64,000 nt of DNA from an uncultured Eubacteriales bacterium (GCA_964652895.1 CAZZCH010000002.1:14910-78909); one strand, 5' to 3'. Shown: positions 47,613 through 57,057, counted from the stretch's first letter. Notes: generated from the letters alone by a model not told the origin. Made by a program: numbers and translations.

Positions 47613-48941
47613 ATGAGCGAAAAACGCACGAAAATGGACCGCAGGCAATTCATCAAAACGGCCGCCCTGGCCGGGGGCGCGGCCGTCGCCGGCTTCCCGA
47701 CGATCGTCAAGGCCGCGGCCCTGGGCAAGGACGGGGCCGTCGCGCCGTCGAACCGCATCGTCATGGCCGGCATCGGCTTCGGCATGCAGGGCCCGGGGAA
47801 CATGGCCAACTTCCTCGAAAAGCCCGAGGTCCAGTGGGTCGCCGTTTGCGACATCGACAAAGAGCCGCTGGCCAGGGCCAAGGGCATGGCCGACAAGAAG
47901 TACGGCAATAAGGCCTGTGCCACCTACCACGATTTCCGCGAGCTCTTTCTGCGCAAGGACCTCGACGCCGTCTCCATCGCCGTTCCCGACCACTGGCATG
48001 CCATCCTGGCCATCTCCGCGCTCCGGTCCGGTCTCGACGTCTTCGGCGAAAAGCCGCTGACGCACAAACTTCGCGAGGGCCGGGCCCTTTGCGACGCCGT
48101 GGAGCGCTACGGCCGGGTCTGGCAGACCGGCTCCTGGCAGCGCTCCGTCGAGAACTTCCACCAGGCCGCGGAGCTCGTCCGCAACGGCCGCATCGGCAAG
48201 GTCAAGCGGATAGAGGTCGGACTCCCCTCGGGACATTACGACTTCGCCGGGACTTTCGGCCAGGAGGCGCTCGTCGCCCCGCCACCGAATCTCGATTACG
48301 GTTTCTGGGTCGGGCCCGCGCCCTGGTGGCCCTACTGCAAGGCCCGCGTCCACATGAACTGGCGCTGGAACATGGACTTCGGCGGCGGCCAATATATGGA
48401 TTGGATCGGTCATCACCTCGACATCGCCCATTGGGGCATGGGCTGGGACGAGACCGGCCCGGTCGAGATCGAGGCCACGGGCGAGTTCCCGACGTCGGGC
48501 ATCTACAACAGCCCGACCCGTTATTATGTCCAGGCCAGGTACGCCGACGGGACACCCATGGTCCTAGCCGGCGGGCACGACGAGATCTGGAGCGGCGCGA
48601 AGTGGATCGGCGAATACGGCTGGGTCTGGGTCGACCGGGGCGAGTTCATGACCGAGCCCGAAAGCCTGAAACGCGAGGGCATCGGGCCCGAGGAGACGCG
48701 GCTGTACAAGAGCCGCGACCACCACCAGAATTTCCTGGACTGCGTCCGCAGCCGGGCCAAGACGGTCGCCCCGGCCGAGACGGCCCACCGCTCGGCGAGT
48801 GTCGGCCATCTCGGCGTCATCGCCATGGAGGTCGGGCGAAAGATCAAATGGGACCCGGCCACCGAAACCATCATCGGCGACCCCGAGGCGGAGCGGCTCC
48901 TCGGCCACTCGTACCGCAAACCCTGGCAGCTGCCGGAGTGA
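47613..48941 (+). CDS. Tat-signal Gfo/Idh/MocA family oxidoreductase (second)
   Basis: MDRRQFIKTAALAGGAAVAG signal. IVMAGIGFGMQG Rossmann and GEKPLTH motif. Confidence 0.8.
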   Translation: MSEKRTKMDRRQFIKTAALAGGAAVAGFPTIVKAAALGKDGAVAPSNRIVMAGIGFGMQGPGNMANFLEKPEVQWVAVCDIDKEPLARAKGMADKKYGNKACATYHDFRELFLRKDLDAVSIAVPDHWHAILAISALRSGLDVFGEKPLTHKLREGRALCDAVERYGRVWQTGSWQRSVENFHQAAELVRNGRIGKVKRIEVGLPSGHYDFAGTFGQEALVAPPPNLDYGFWVGPAPWWPYCKARVHMNWRWNMDFGGGQYMDWIGHHLDIAHWGMGWDETGPVEIEATGEFPTSGIYNSPTRYYVQARYADGTPMVLAGGHDEIWSGAKWIGEYGWVWVDRGEFMTEPESLKREGIGPEETRLYKSRDHHQNFLDCVRSRAKTVAPAETAHRSASVGHLGVIAMEVGRKIKWDPATETIIGDPEAERLLGHSYRKPWQLPE

Positions 48942-48952
48942 GGAGCATACCC

Positions 48953-50959
48953 ATGAAAGACCAGCAAACGAACCATGGCAGCTTCGGTAAGAGCATCACC
49001 GGGATCGCTCTGGCCGCTACGTTGGGCCTTAGCATGCTCGCTCCTGTGGGAACGGCCCAACAACTGCCCCAGGCAGAATTCGCCCTGATCTATGATTCGT
49101 TGGACGCTATCCTCAGGGACCTCGCGAACTACAAGTTCGACCTGGGAGTGGGCGCTCCTCTCGGGCTTCGGGCCTACGTCTTCTCGCACAAGGACGATCC
49201 GCGGGCCCGCCGGGAGACCGAGACCGCCCTCCTGAAGTTCATCCAGGGCTCGCCCGCGCCCGGCGGTCTGATGGCCGCCTGCCGGGCGCTCCGGCTCATC
49301 GGCGGCCCGGATTCCGTGCCCGTTCTGGCGGCGCTCGTCCTCAAGCCGGAGACGACGGACGCGGCCCGCTATGCCTTGGAGAGGATCCCGGGCGGCGAGG
49401 CCGATCAGGCGCTTTTGACGGCTTTAGACAAGGCCCAGGGCGATATGAAACGCGGCATCATCTTCTCGATCGGGGAACGGAAGTCGGCCGCGGCCATGCC
49501 GGCCTTCGAAAAACTGGCCGGCGGCAAGGACCTCCCGTTGGCCGCGGACGCCGTCAAGGCCCTGGGCAAGGTCGGCGGCCCGGATGCCGTCCGGGCCCTC
49601 ACCGCGGTGCTGGGCAAGGCCGGCCCTCAGCTCAAGCTCGAAGCAGCATCGGCCCTTCTGCTAGCGGCCGAAGATAATCCGGAGGCCGCGGCCATCTACG
49701 ACAAGCTCTTCGCCTCAAAACTTCCCCCCGTCATGCGGCAGGCCGCGTTCAAGGGGAAGATCGAAGCGGCTGGCGGCGGCGGGAAAGAGCTCATCCTGAA
49801 GACCCTTGCCGGCAAGGACGCCGTCCTCTACGCGCCGGCGATCGCCCTGGTCCCGGAATTTTTCAAAGCGCAAGAGATCGGGCAGGCCGCCGATCTCCTC
49901 GCCCGGCTTCCCGAGGACTCCAGGATCCCGCTCGCGGCCGTCCTGGGCGGCTACCCCGCCGACGTCGTCGGCCCCTATCTCCTTACGGCCGCGGAGGATC
50001 CGTCCCTCGTTGTGAGACTGGCCGCGCTCCGCTCCATCGGCAAGACCGGCGGCGCGAAATCGGTCGCCTTCCTGGCGACCAAGGCGGCCCGGACCTCCGG
50101 CGCCGAACAGGACGCCGCTCGGGAATCGCTGGCCCTGCTCCGAGGCTCGGACGTCGATCCGGTGATCCTGGCCCATTTTGGCCAGGTGTCCGACGACGCG
50201 GTCAAGGCCGAGCTCGTCCGGGCGGCGGGCGCGCGCCGCGTCACAGGCGCCAAGCCCGCGCTCATGGACATGGTCAAGTCCGCTTCGCCCTTGCTCAAGG
50301 CCAAGGCGGCAGTCGCGCTCCGCGATATCACCGGGACGGCCGACCTCCCGGACCTCATCGGGCTCCTTCTCGGTCTTGAAGACGAAACGGCGCGGGAGTC
50401 GATGCAGGACACCGTCGCCGCGATCGCCCGCACCAACCCGAGGGAACTCAGCCGCGCGGCGACCGTCAAGGCCTTCCTGGCCGCGGAAAAAGACCCCAAG
50501 AAAAAGGTCGACCTCCTGCGCGTCCTGGGGAAGATCGGCGACGACAGCAGCTTGGCCCTCATCCGGGCCGCTCTTTCGGACAAGGACGAAGGCGTGGTCG
50601 ACGCGGCCGTTCGCGCCCTGGCCGACTGGCCGACCGGCATGGCCCGGGATGATGTTTACGAAGTTGCCCGGTCGTCGTTCGCCCTCAATCACCGCGTGCT
50701 TTCCGTCCGGGCCTTCGTCCGGATGATCGGCCTCGAACCCGACCGGGCTCCCGATGGGGCGGTCGCGGACCTCCTGCGCGCCCTGGCCGTCGCCCCTCGG
50801 CCGGAAGAGAAGAAGCTCATCCTGGGCATGCTCGTTCGTTTTCCCTGCATCTCGGGGCTGAAGACGGCGGAGTCGCTCCAGGCCGACACGGCCGTCGTTA
50901 AGGAAGCCAGGCTGGCCGCCGACCGGATCCGCCAAGCCCTCGGCCGCCGCACGCCCTAG
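48953..50959 (+). CDS. Secreted HEAT-repeat protein
   Basis: 668 aa. Signal peptide ...GIALAATLGLSMLAPVGTAQQ. Many repeats of the type A..ALG.IGGPD.V..L. No CxxCH motif. Confidence 0.7.
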   Translation: MKDQQTNHGSFGKSITGIALAATLGLSMLAPVGTAQQLPQAEFALIYDSLDAILRDLANYKFDLGVGAPLGLRAYVFSHKDDPRARRETETALLKFIQGSPAPGGLMAACRALRLIGGPDSVPVLAALVLKPETTDAARYALERIPGGEADQALLTALDKAQGDMKRGIIFSIGERKSAAAMPAFEKLAGGKDLPLAADAVKALGKVGGPDAVRALTAVLGKAGPQLKLEAASALLLAAEDNPEAAAIYDKLFASKLPPVMRQAAFKGKIEAAGGGGKELILKTLAGKDAVLYAPAIALVPEFFKAQEIGQAADLLARLPEDSRIPLAAVLGGYPADVVGPYLLTAAEDPSLVVRLAALRSIGKTGGAKSVAFLATKAARTSGAEQDAARESLALLRGSDVDPVILAHFGQVSDDAVKAELVRAAGARRVTGAKPALMDMVKSASPLLKAKAAVALRDITGTADLPDLIGLLLGLEDETARESMQDTVAAIARTNPRELSRAATVKAFLAAEKDPKKKVDLLRVLGKIGDDSSLALIRAALSDKDEGVVDAAVRALADWPTGMARDDVYEVARSSFALNHRVLSVRAFVRMIGLEPDRAPDGAVADLLRALAVAPRPEEKKLILGMLVRFPCISGLKTAESLQADTAVVKEARLAADRIRQALGRRTP

Positions 50960-51028
50960 GCGTGAGCCGAAGATGGGGAAGAAGGGGTCAAACCTACCTC
51001 CGGGAGCGGATTCTGAGGAGCGACCAAC

Positions 51029-51063
51029 AGAAATGCGGCGGAGCGGCTCGGAGCCGCATTTCT
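51029..51063 (+). terminator. Stem-loop after the HEAT-repeat gene (11-bp stem AGAAATGCGGC/GCCGCATTTCT, 13-nt loop)
   Basis: Read directly from the sequence. There is no strong U-tract, so terminator function is uncertain. Confidence 0.35.
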
Positions 51064-51133
51064 GGGAAATATCTGAACGGTGTTGATATGGGCGCAAAAA
51101 GCAGGCTTGAGCCTTTTTAATCGGAGGTACACG

Positions 51134-52312
51134 ATGATCGAAGGACAGGCTTCGGCGACAAAGGCGCCGAAGCTCCGCTACGGCATGGTCGGCGGCGGGC
51201 CCGGCGCCTTCATCGACGACGTCCACCGTAAGGCCATCGCCATGGACGGCAAAGCGGAGATCGTCTGCGGCACCTTCTCACAAAATTACGAGAATACGTT
51301 GGCCCACGGCGACGGCCTCGGCCTCCCCCGGGAACGCCTTTATAAGACTTTTTCAGACATGATCCGGGCTGAAGCCGCGCGCCCCGACCGGCCCCACTTC
51401 ATCAGCATCGTCACTCCGAACAGCACCCATTACGCCGCCGCCAAGCTGGCCCTCGAGCACGGCTTCGCCGTCGTCTGCGAAAAGCCGTTGGCGACGAACT
51501 CCCGCGACGCCGCGGACCTCGTCTGCCTCGTTCGCGAGACGGGCCTTCTCTTCTGCGTCGCCTACGCCTACTCGGGCTATCCCATGGTCAAGCACATCCG
51601 GGACATCGTCGCCCGGGGCGAGCTCGGCGACATCCGCTTCGTCAACGGCGAATATCCGCAGGAATGGCTGACAACGAAGCTCGAGGATACCGGGCAAAAA
51701 CAGGCTGCCTGGCGGACAGACCCTAAGCTCGCCGGGATCTCCAACTGCGTCGGCGACATCGGCAGTCACATCGAGTTCATGGTTGGCCACATGACCGGCC
51801 TGAGAATCAAATCGCTCTGCGCTCGCCTCGACCGGTTCGGCCCCGGCCGCCCCCTCGACGACAACGCCACGATCATGATCAACTACAAGGGAGGAGCGAC
51901 GGGTGTCACCTGGAGCTCCCAGATCGCCCTCGGCCACGACAACGCTCTTCGCCTGCGCATCTATGGGACGAAGGGCGCCGTCGAGTGGTTCCAGGAGACG
52001 CCGAACACGGCCCGGGTCTCGTTCCTCGACCGGCCGACCGGGACGATCTCCCGCGGCCGCGACCCGATGTCGCCGCGGGCCCAAGGCCTGTCGCGTCTGC
52101 CGTCGGGCCATCCAGAGGGTTATTTCGAAGGATTCGCCAACATCTACTCGACGTTCATCACGGCCCTGGGCAAGAAGCTCCGGGGCGAGGCGCTCGCGGC
52201 GGACGACCTCGATTTCCCAGGGATCGACGACGGGGTTCGCGGCGTCCGCTACATCGAGAAATGCGTCGAAAGCTCGGCCAAGGGCTCGGTCTGGGTGGAC
52301 ATGGGGACATGA
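51134..52312 (+). CDS. Gfo/Idh/MocA family oxidoreductase (no signal peptide)
   Basis: ATG at 51134 after GGAGG. LRYGMVGGGPGAFI Rossmann and CEKPLA motif. Confidence 0.8.
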   Translation: MIEGQASATKAPKLRYGMVGGGPGAFIDDVHRKAIAMDGKAEIVCGTFSQNYENTLAHGDGLGLPRERLYKTFSDMIRAEAARPDRPHFISIVTPNSTHYAAAKLALEHGFAVVCEKPLATNSRDAADLVCLVRETGLLFCVAYAYSGYPMVKHIRDIVARGELGDIRFVNGEYPQEWLTTKLEDTGQKQAAWRTDPKLAGISNCVGDIGSHIEFMVGHMTGLRIKSLCARLDRFGPGRPLDDNATIMINYKGGATGVTWSSQIALGHDNALRLRIYGTKGAVEWFQETPNTARVSFLDRPTGTISRGRDPMSPRAQGLSRLPSGHPEGYFEGFANIYSTFITALGKKLRGEALAADDLDFPGIDDGVRGVRYIEKCVESSAKGSVWVDMGT

Positions 52313-52324
52313 ACTTGGGAAGCC

Positions 52325-52384
52325 GGGGACACGTACCGAATTCCAGAGAATTCGGAACATGTCCCCATTCGGTGCGTGTCCCTC
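52325..52384. repeat. REP-like cluster: 19-bp imperfect hairpin GGGGACACGTACCGAATTC-caga-GAATTCGGAACATGTCCCC plus a third half-unit
   Basis: Two mismatches in the 19-bp stem, one of them G-U compatible. A third unit, ATTCGGTGCGTGTCCCTC, follows at 52367-52384. Intergenic between the Gfo and TIM-barrel genes. Confidence 0.55.
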
Positions 52385-52441
52385 TTGGATATGCGAGATC
52401 CCGCCGATCGCAACCTGATGTTGTTTAACAAGGAGAGAACC

Positions 52442-53431
52442 ATGCCCAGACCCGTAACGCTATTCACCGGCCAGTGGGCCGACCTGCCCTTCGAAGAAGT
52501 CTGTAAAAAAGCGGGCGGCTGGGGCTATGACGGCCTGGAAGTCGCCTGCTGGGGCGACCACATGGACGTCCGCAAGGCCGCGGTCGACCCGGCCTACGTC
52601 CGCGAGAAAAAGCGCGTCCTCGAAAAGCACGGCCTCAAGTGTTGGGCCCTCGGCGCGCATCTGGCAGGCCAGTGCGTCGGCGACGAATACGACCCGCGCC
52701 TCGACGGCTTCGCGCCCGATCTCGTCAAAGGCAAACCGGAAGCCCTTCGCAAGTGGGCCATCGAAGAGATGAAGGCCACGGCCAGGGCCGCGCGCAACAT
52801 GGGCTGTTACGTCGTCAACGGGTTCATGGGCTCGCCCATCTGGAAGGCCTGGTATTCCTTCCCGTCGACGACCGAGGAGATGGTCGAGGCGGGATTCCAG
52901 AAGATCCTGGGCCTGTGGACGCCCGTCTTCGACGAGTTCGACGAGCAGGGCGTCAAGTTCGCCCTCGAGGTCCATCCGACCGAGATCGCCTTCGACGTCT
53001 ACACGACGAGGCGCCTCCTCGACGTCTTCAACTGCCGGCTGACCCTCGGCCTCAACTTCGACCCCAGCCACCTCGTCTGGCAGGGCGTCGAGCCCCACCT
53101 CTTCATCCGCGAGTTCGCCGACCGCGTCTACCACGTCCACATGAAGGACGTGGCCGTGACCCTCGACGGCAAGGCCGGCATCCTCGGCTCGTTCCTGCCC
53201 TTCGGCGACGTCCGCCGCGGCTGGAACTTCCGCTCGCTCGGCCACGGCGACGTCGATTTCGAGGCCATCATCCGCGAGCTCAACGCCGTCAATTACGACG
53301 GTCCCCTCTCGGTCGAGTGGGAGGACAACGCCATGGACCGCGATCTCGGCGCCCAGGAAGCCCTCGACTTCGTCCGCGCGACGAACTTCTCGCCGTCCAA
53401 GGTGGCTTTCGACAAGGACATGAAGAAGTAA
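52442..53431 (+). CDS. Xylose-isomerase-like TIM barrel protein (sugar phosphate isomerase/epimerase family), cytoplasmic
   Basis: ATG at 52442 after AAGGAGAG. YDGLEVACWGDH, FALEVHPTEIA, YHVHMKD and SVEWED motifs. Confidence 0.8.
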   Translation: MPRPVTLFTGQWADLPFEEVCKKAGGWGYDGLEVACWGDHMDVRKAAVDPAYVREKKRVLEKHGLKCWALGAHLAGQCVGDEYDPRLDGFAPDLVKGKPEALRKWAIEEMKATARAARNMGCYVVNGFMGSPIWKAWYSFPSTTEEMVEAGFQKILGLWTPVFDEFDEQGVKFALEVHPTEIAFDVYTTRRLLDVFNCRLTLGLNFDPSHLVWQGVEPHLFIREFADRVYHVHMKDVAVTLDGKAGILGSFLPFGDVRRGWNFRSLGHGDVDFEAIIRELNAVNYDGPLSVEWEDNAMDRDLGAQEALDFVRATNFSPSKVAFDKDMKK

Positions 53432-53464
53432 TATGATACGGATCAACGCGTAAAGGAGGCACGG

Positions 53465-53950
53465 ATGAAAAAGCCCGCTCGGTTGACGTTCCTCATCACG
53501 GCGGTGCTCGCCGTCTTCGTCTTTCTCCTGGCCGAGACCATCGTCGTCAAGATCAAGACGACGAGCGTCAGGCGCGATCCCAAGTTCACGTCTCCCGCGG
53601 TCGCCGCCATCAAGGCCGGGGATACCGTGGAGAAGCTCGAGGCCCGCGACGGCTGGGTCAAGGTCAAGACCAAGGCCGGGGTCGTCGGATGGCTCCACTC
53701 GACGGCCGTGGAGGTGAAGAAGCTCGACCTCCTGGCCATGGACAAAAACATGAAAACGCAGGCCTCCTCGAGCGAGGTCGCTCTGGCCGCCAAGGGCTTC
53801 AACCAACAGGTCGAGGACAAGTACCGGGCCGGGAACGCCGCCGCCAACTTCGCGGCCGTCGACGCCATGGAAAAGGTCAAGCCCACGGCGGCCGAAGTGG
53901 AGGCCTTCATGAAAGAAGGGAAGCTCGGCGAATTCGGAGGCTCCCGATGA
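53465..53950 (+). CDS. Membrane-anchored bacterial SH3 domain protein
   Basis: 161 aa with an N-terminal TM helix. SH3b-like VRRDPKFTSPAVAAIKAGDTVEKLEARDGWVKVKTKAGVVGWLH. Confidence 0.6.
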   Translation: MKKPARLTFLITAVLAVFVFLLAETIVVKIKTTSVRRDPKFTSPAVAAIKAGDTVEKLEARDGWVKVKTKAGVVGWLHSTAVEVKKLDLLAMDKNMKTQASSSEVALAAKGFNQQVEDKYRAGNAAANFAAVDAMEKVKPTAAEVEAFMKEGKLGEFGGSR

Positions 53951-54864
53951 CCGCCCGCGCCAAAGCCCTGGTATCGATCGCCGTCGCCGTCTCCCTCTCG
54001 TTTTCGGGCTGCCAGGCCGTCAAGCAGGGCGCGGCCGACATCATCGCCTCGACGGGCAAGGTCAGCCGGGAGGACGCCCAGGCCATCGTCAAGACGGCGG
54101 AGGTCCTGCGTTCGACGTTCGCCGAGATCACCGAGGAAGAGGAATATTACATCGGCCGGGCGACGGCCGCCCTCATCCTCTCCAAATACAAACCCTATGG
54201 CGACAAAGCGTTGAACGGCTATATCAATGTCATGGGAACGGCCATCGCCTACAATTCCGACCGACCCGAGACTTACGGGGGCTATCATTTCCTCGTCCTC
54301 GACACCGACGAGGTCAACGCCATGGCCGCTCCGGGGGGCTTCATTTTCGTCACCAAAGGCCTGATCAGACGCTGCGGCGACGAGGAAACGCTGGCGGCCA
54401 TCCTGGCCCACGAGATCGGCCACGTCGCCGAGCGGCACGGGCTCCAGTCGATCAAGAAGTCGCGTCTCATCGACGCCTTCAAGGTCCTCGGCAGCGAGGC
54501 CTCCCGGCAATTCAATTCCGAGGAGCTGGCCAAGGTCACCGGCATCTTCGAGGGCGTCCTCGGCGACGTCGTCGAGACCCTGGTCGAGCGGGGCTATGAC
54601 CGCAAGTTCGAGTACGAGGCCGACAAGCTCGGGATCACGTTCGCCTTCCGGACGGGCTACTCGCCCAACGGGCTGGCGGAATTCCTCAAGAACATGGAAG
54701 AGAACCAGCCCTCCGGCCCGGCTGCGGGCTGGTTCAAGACGCATCCCAGCCCGGCCGACCGGCTGGCCCGGGTGAAGCCCGAGATCGCGGCCCTGGGCGC
54801 CGCGCCGGCGAAGCTCGGCGTCCGGACGGCCCGGTTCGCCCAAGCCGTCAAGAACCTGCATTGA
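53947..54864 (+). CDS. M48 family zinc metallopeptidase lipoprotein
   Basis: Lipobox LSFSGC and zinc motif HEIGHVAERH. ATGA overlap with the SH3 gene. Confidence 0.8.
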   Translation: MTARAKALVSIAVAVSLSFSGCQAVKQGAADIIASTGKVSREDAQAIVKTAEVLRSTFAEITEEEEYYIGRATAALILSKYKPYGDKALNGYINVMGTAIAYNSDRPETYGGYHFLVLDTDEVNAMAAPGGFIFVTKGLIRRCGDEETLAAILAHEIGHVAERHGLQSIKKSRLIDAFKVLGSEASRQFNSEELAKVTGIFEGVLGDVVETLVERGYDRKFEYEADKLGITFAFRTGYSPNGLAEFLKNMEENQPSGPAAGWFKTHPSPADRLARVKPEIAALGAAPAKLGVRTARFAQAVKNLH

Positions 54865-54924
54865 CCGCGCCCCGGGCTCGGCGGGCTTCGGCGCTTTCGC
54901 GCCCGGAGGTGATATGAAGGGACC

Positions 54925-57048
54925 ATGCCGAACCTAAAAATGAGATCTCCGGCCCGAAAGAAAGCGCTTCGGGGCCTCGCCGTCGGCCTGGCCGTTTTCG
55001 CCCTCACCTTGTTCCTCGGGCTCCTGAAAATCTTCCAGCCCCTGGAGTGGAAGTCCTGGGACGCGCGCATGCAGCTTCTCGCCGATCCCCAGCAGGCCTC
55101 CGAGGACATCGTCCTGCTGGCCGTCGACCAGTACAGTCTGGACGTCTTCGCGAAGGAGCAAGGCCTCGGCTGGCCCTGGCCGCGGCAGATCTACGCCGGC
55201 GTCCTCGACTTCCTGAAGGCGGGCGGGGCCAAGGCGGTCTTCTTCGACCTCATTTTCAGCGAGGCCTCGACCTTCGGCGTCGACGACGACCGGCTCTTCG
55301 CCGAAGCCATGACCCGCTCCGGAAACGTCGTGCTCCCCTTCTTCCTGAGCGCCGACGAAGGAGAAGCGGATCCCGCCGAGGAAGACGTCCTCGCCCGTTC
55401 CGCCTGGCCCAGAGGGACAGTCCCCTCCCCGGGAGAGACGGGGGCAGTCCCTCTGGCAAGATCCGTGTCCCTGCCGGTCGACGTCCTGGCCGCGGCCGCC
55501 GCTAAATTGGGCAACGTCCAGTTCGTCCCGGACGGCGATTCTGTTTACAGGCGGCTGCCGCTCGTCTTTCGCTACCGGGGTCGGCTCCTTCCGGCCCTGC
55601 CCCTGGCCATGGCCGAATTCACTTCTGAAGGGGTGGACCTCCGCAAAATCCCCTTGGACCGTTCGGGAAACATGATCCTCCGTTTTTTCGGCCCGAGCAG
55701 GACGTATAAAACCATCTTGATCGGCGCGATCATCAACTCCCAGGCCCACATCGAAGAGGGCCTCGAACCCCAGGTTCCGCCCCGGGAATTCGCCGGCAAG
55801 ACCGTCATCGTCGGGACGACGGCGGCCGGACTGTACGACCTCCGCCCGACGCCGTTCGGTGGCGTCTATCCGGGGATGGAGATCCTGGCCACGGCCCTCG
55901 ACAACATCGTCCACGGGGGCGCCGTCCGCGAGGCCTCCGCCGCCGTCACCTGGGTTTCGGTCCTCTTTTTCGCCCTCCTGGCCGGGATCGGGACGACGAT
56001 GCTGAAAAAGATCTGGCACCTGGCGGCCCTCGGCGTGTCCCTGCCGGCCCTGGCGGCCGCGGGTTCCCTCCTTGCCGTCCGGACCGGCGTTTGGGTCGAG
56101 TTCGTCGCCCCGGCCTTCGCCGGCGTCACGGCCTTCATCAGTGCGTCGCTCCTCAACTATGGCATCGAGGGACGCCAGCGACGCTTCATCAAGAGCGCCT
56201 TTCGCTTTTATTTGAGCCCGCAGGTCATCGACCGCGTCCTGGAGAATCCCACCCTTCTCCGGCTCGGCGGCGAGAGGCGGGAGATCACCGCCTTTTTCTC
56301 CGATGTCGCCGGCTTCACCTCGATCTCCGAGGCCCTCTCGCCCGAAGACCTGGTCGGTCTCCTCAACGCCTACCTTTCGGAGATGACGGACATCATCCTC
56401 GACCTCGGCGGCACCCTCGACAAGTACGAGGGCGACGCCATCATCGCTTTCTGGAATGCGCCGATCGACCTTCCCGACCACGCTCTGCGGGCCTGCCGGG
56501 CGGCCCTCCGCTGCCAAAGGCGCCTCTCCGAACGCCGCGAGGACTTCCGCCGCCGGTTCGGCCACGAGGTGCGCATGAGGGTCGGGATCAACTCCGGCCC
56601 GGCCGTCGTCGGCAACATGGGTTCGGAGCGGCGCTTCGACTACACGGCCATGGGCGACACGATGAACCTGGCCTCGCGGCTCGAAGGGGCCGGCAAGGTC
56701 TACGGGGTTTCGACCCTCGTCGGCGAGGAGACGGAGCGGCGCGTGCGGGACGAGATCCTGGCCCGGGAAGTGGACGTCATCCGTGTCGTCGGAAAAAAAC
56801 AGCCCATCCGCGTTTTCGAGCTTCTCGGGGAAAAGGGGGCCGTGCCGGCGGAGGAATCCGAGAAGGCGGCCGCGTTCGGCCGGGCCCTCGAAACCTACCG
56901 GGCACGGCGTTTCTCCGAGGCCGCGGCCATGTTCGAAGCCCTAGCCGGTGACCCCGTGGCCGCGGTCTACGCCGGCCGGGCGCGGCGGTCGGCCGCCTCG
57001 CCCCCGCCCGCCGGCTGGGACGGCGTCTTCGAGCTCGATAAAAAATAG
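54925..57048 (+). CDS. CHASE2 sensor-domain class III adenylate/guanylate cyclase
   Basis: 707 aa. Extracytoplasmic CHASE2-like region followed by 3 TM helices. Cyclase core EITAFFSDVAGFTSISE, YEGDAIIAFWNAP, GINSGPAVVGNMGS and YTAMGDTMNLASRLEG. Confidence 0.85.
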   Translation: MPNLKMRSPARKKALRGLAVGLAVFALTLFLGLLKIFQPLEWKSWDARMQLLADPQQASEDIVLLAVDQYSLDVFAKEQGLGWPWPRQIYAGVLDFLKAGGAKAVFFDLIFSEASTFGVDDDRLFAEAMTRSGNVVLPFFLSADEGEADPAEEDVLARSAWPRGTVPSPGETGAVPLARSVSLPVDVLAAAAAKLGNVQFVPDGDSVYRRLPLVFRYRGRLLPALPLAMAEFTSEGVDLRKIPLDRSGNMILRFFGPSRTYKTILIGAIINSQAHIEEGLEPQVPPREFAGKTVIVGTTAAGLYDLRPTPFGGVYPGMEILATALDNIVHGGAVREASAAVTWVSVLFFALLAGIGTTMLKKIWHLAALGVSLPALAAAGSLLAVRTGVWVEFVAPAFAGVTAFISASLLNYGIEGRQRRFIKSAFRFYLSPQVIDRVLENPTLLRLGGERREITAFFSDVAGFTSISEALSPEDLVGLLNAYLSEMTDIILDLGGTLDKYEGDAIIAFWNAPIDLPDHALRACRAALRCQRRLSERREDFRRRFGHEVRMRVGINSGPAVVGNMGSERRFDYTAMGDTMNLASRLEGAGKVYGVSTLVGEETERRVRDEILAREVDVIRVVGKKQPIRVFELLGEKGAVPAEESEKAAAFGRALETYRARRFSEAAAMFEALAGDPVAAVYAGRARRSAASPPPAGWDGVFELDKK
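55411..55455. repeat. GGGACAGTCCC-type palindrome pair inside the cyclase CDS (encodes ...RGTVPSPGETGAVPLA...)
   Basis: AGAGGGACAGTCCCC (55411-55425) and GGGGGCAGTCCCTCT (55440-55454). Same architecture as the intergenic copy at 34434-34467. Confidence 0.45.
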
Positions 57049-57057
57049 GATAGGTCC

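Noticed and set aside
52460-56565. Long minus-strand ORFs 52460-53806, 53443-54861 and 54934-56565
   Set aside because: All are antisense to motif-supported plus-strand genes (TIM barrel, SH3/M48, cyclase). They are Arg/Gly/Asp/Glu-rich and have no RBS or motifs.
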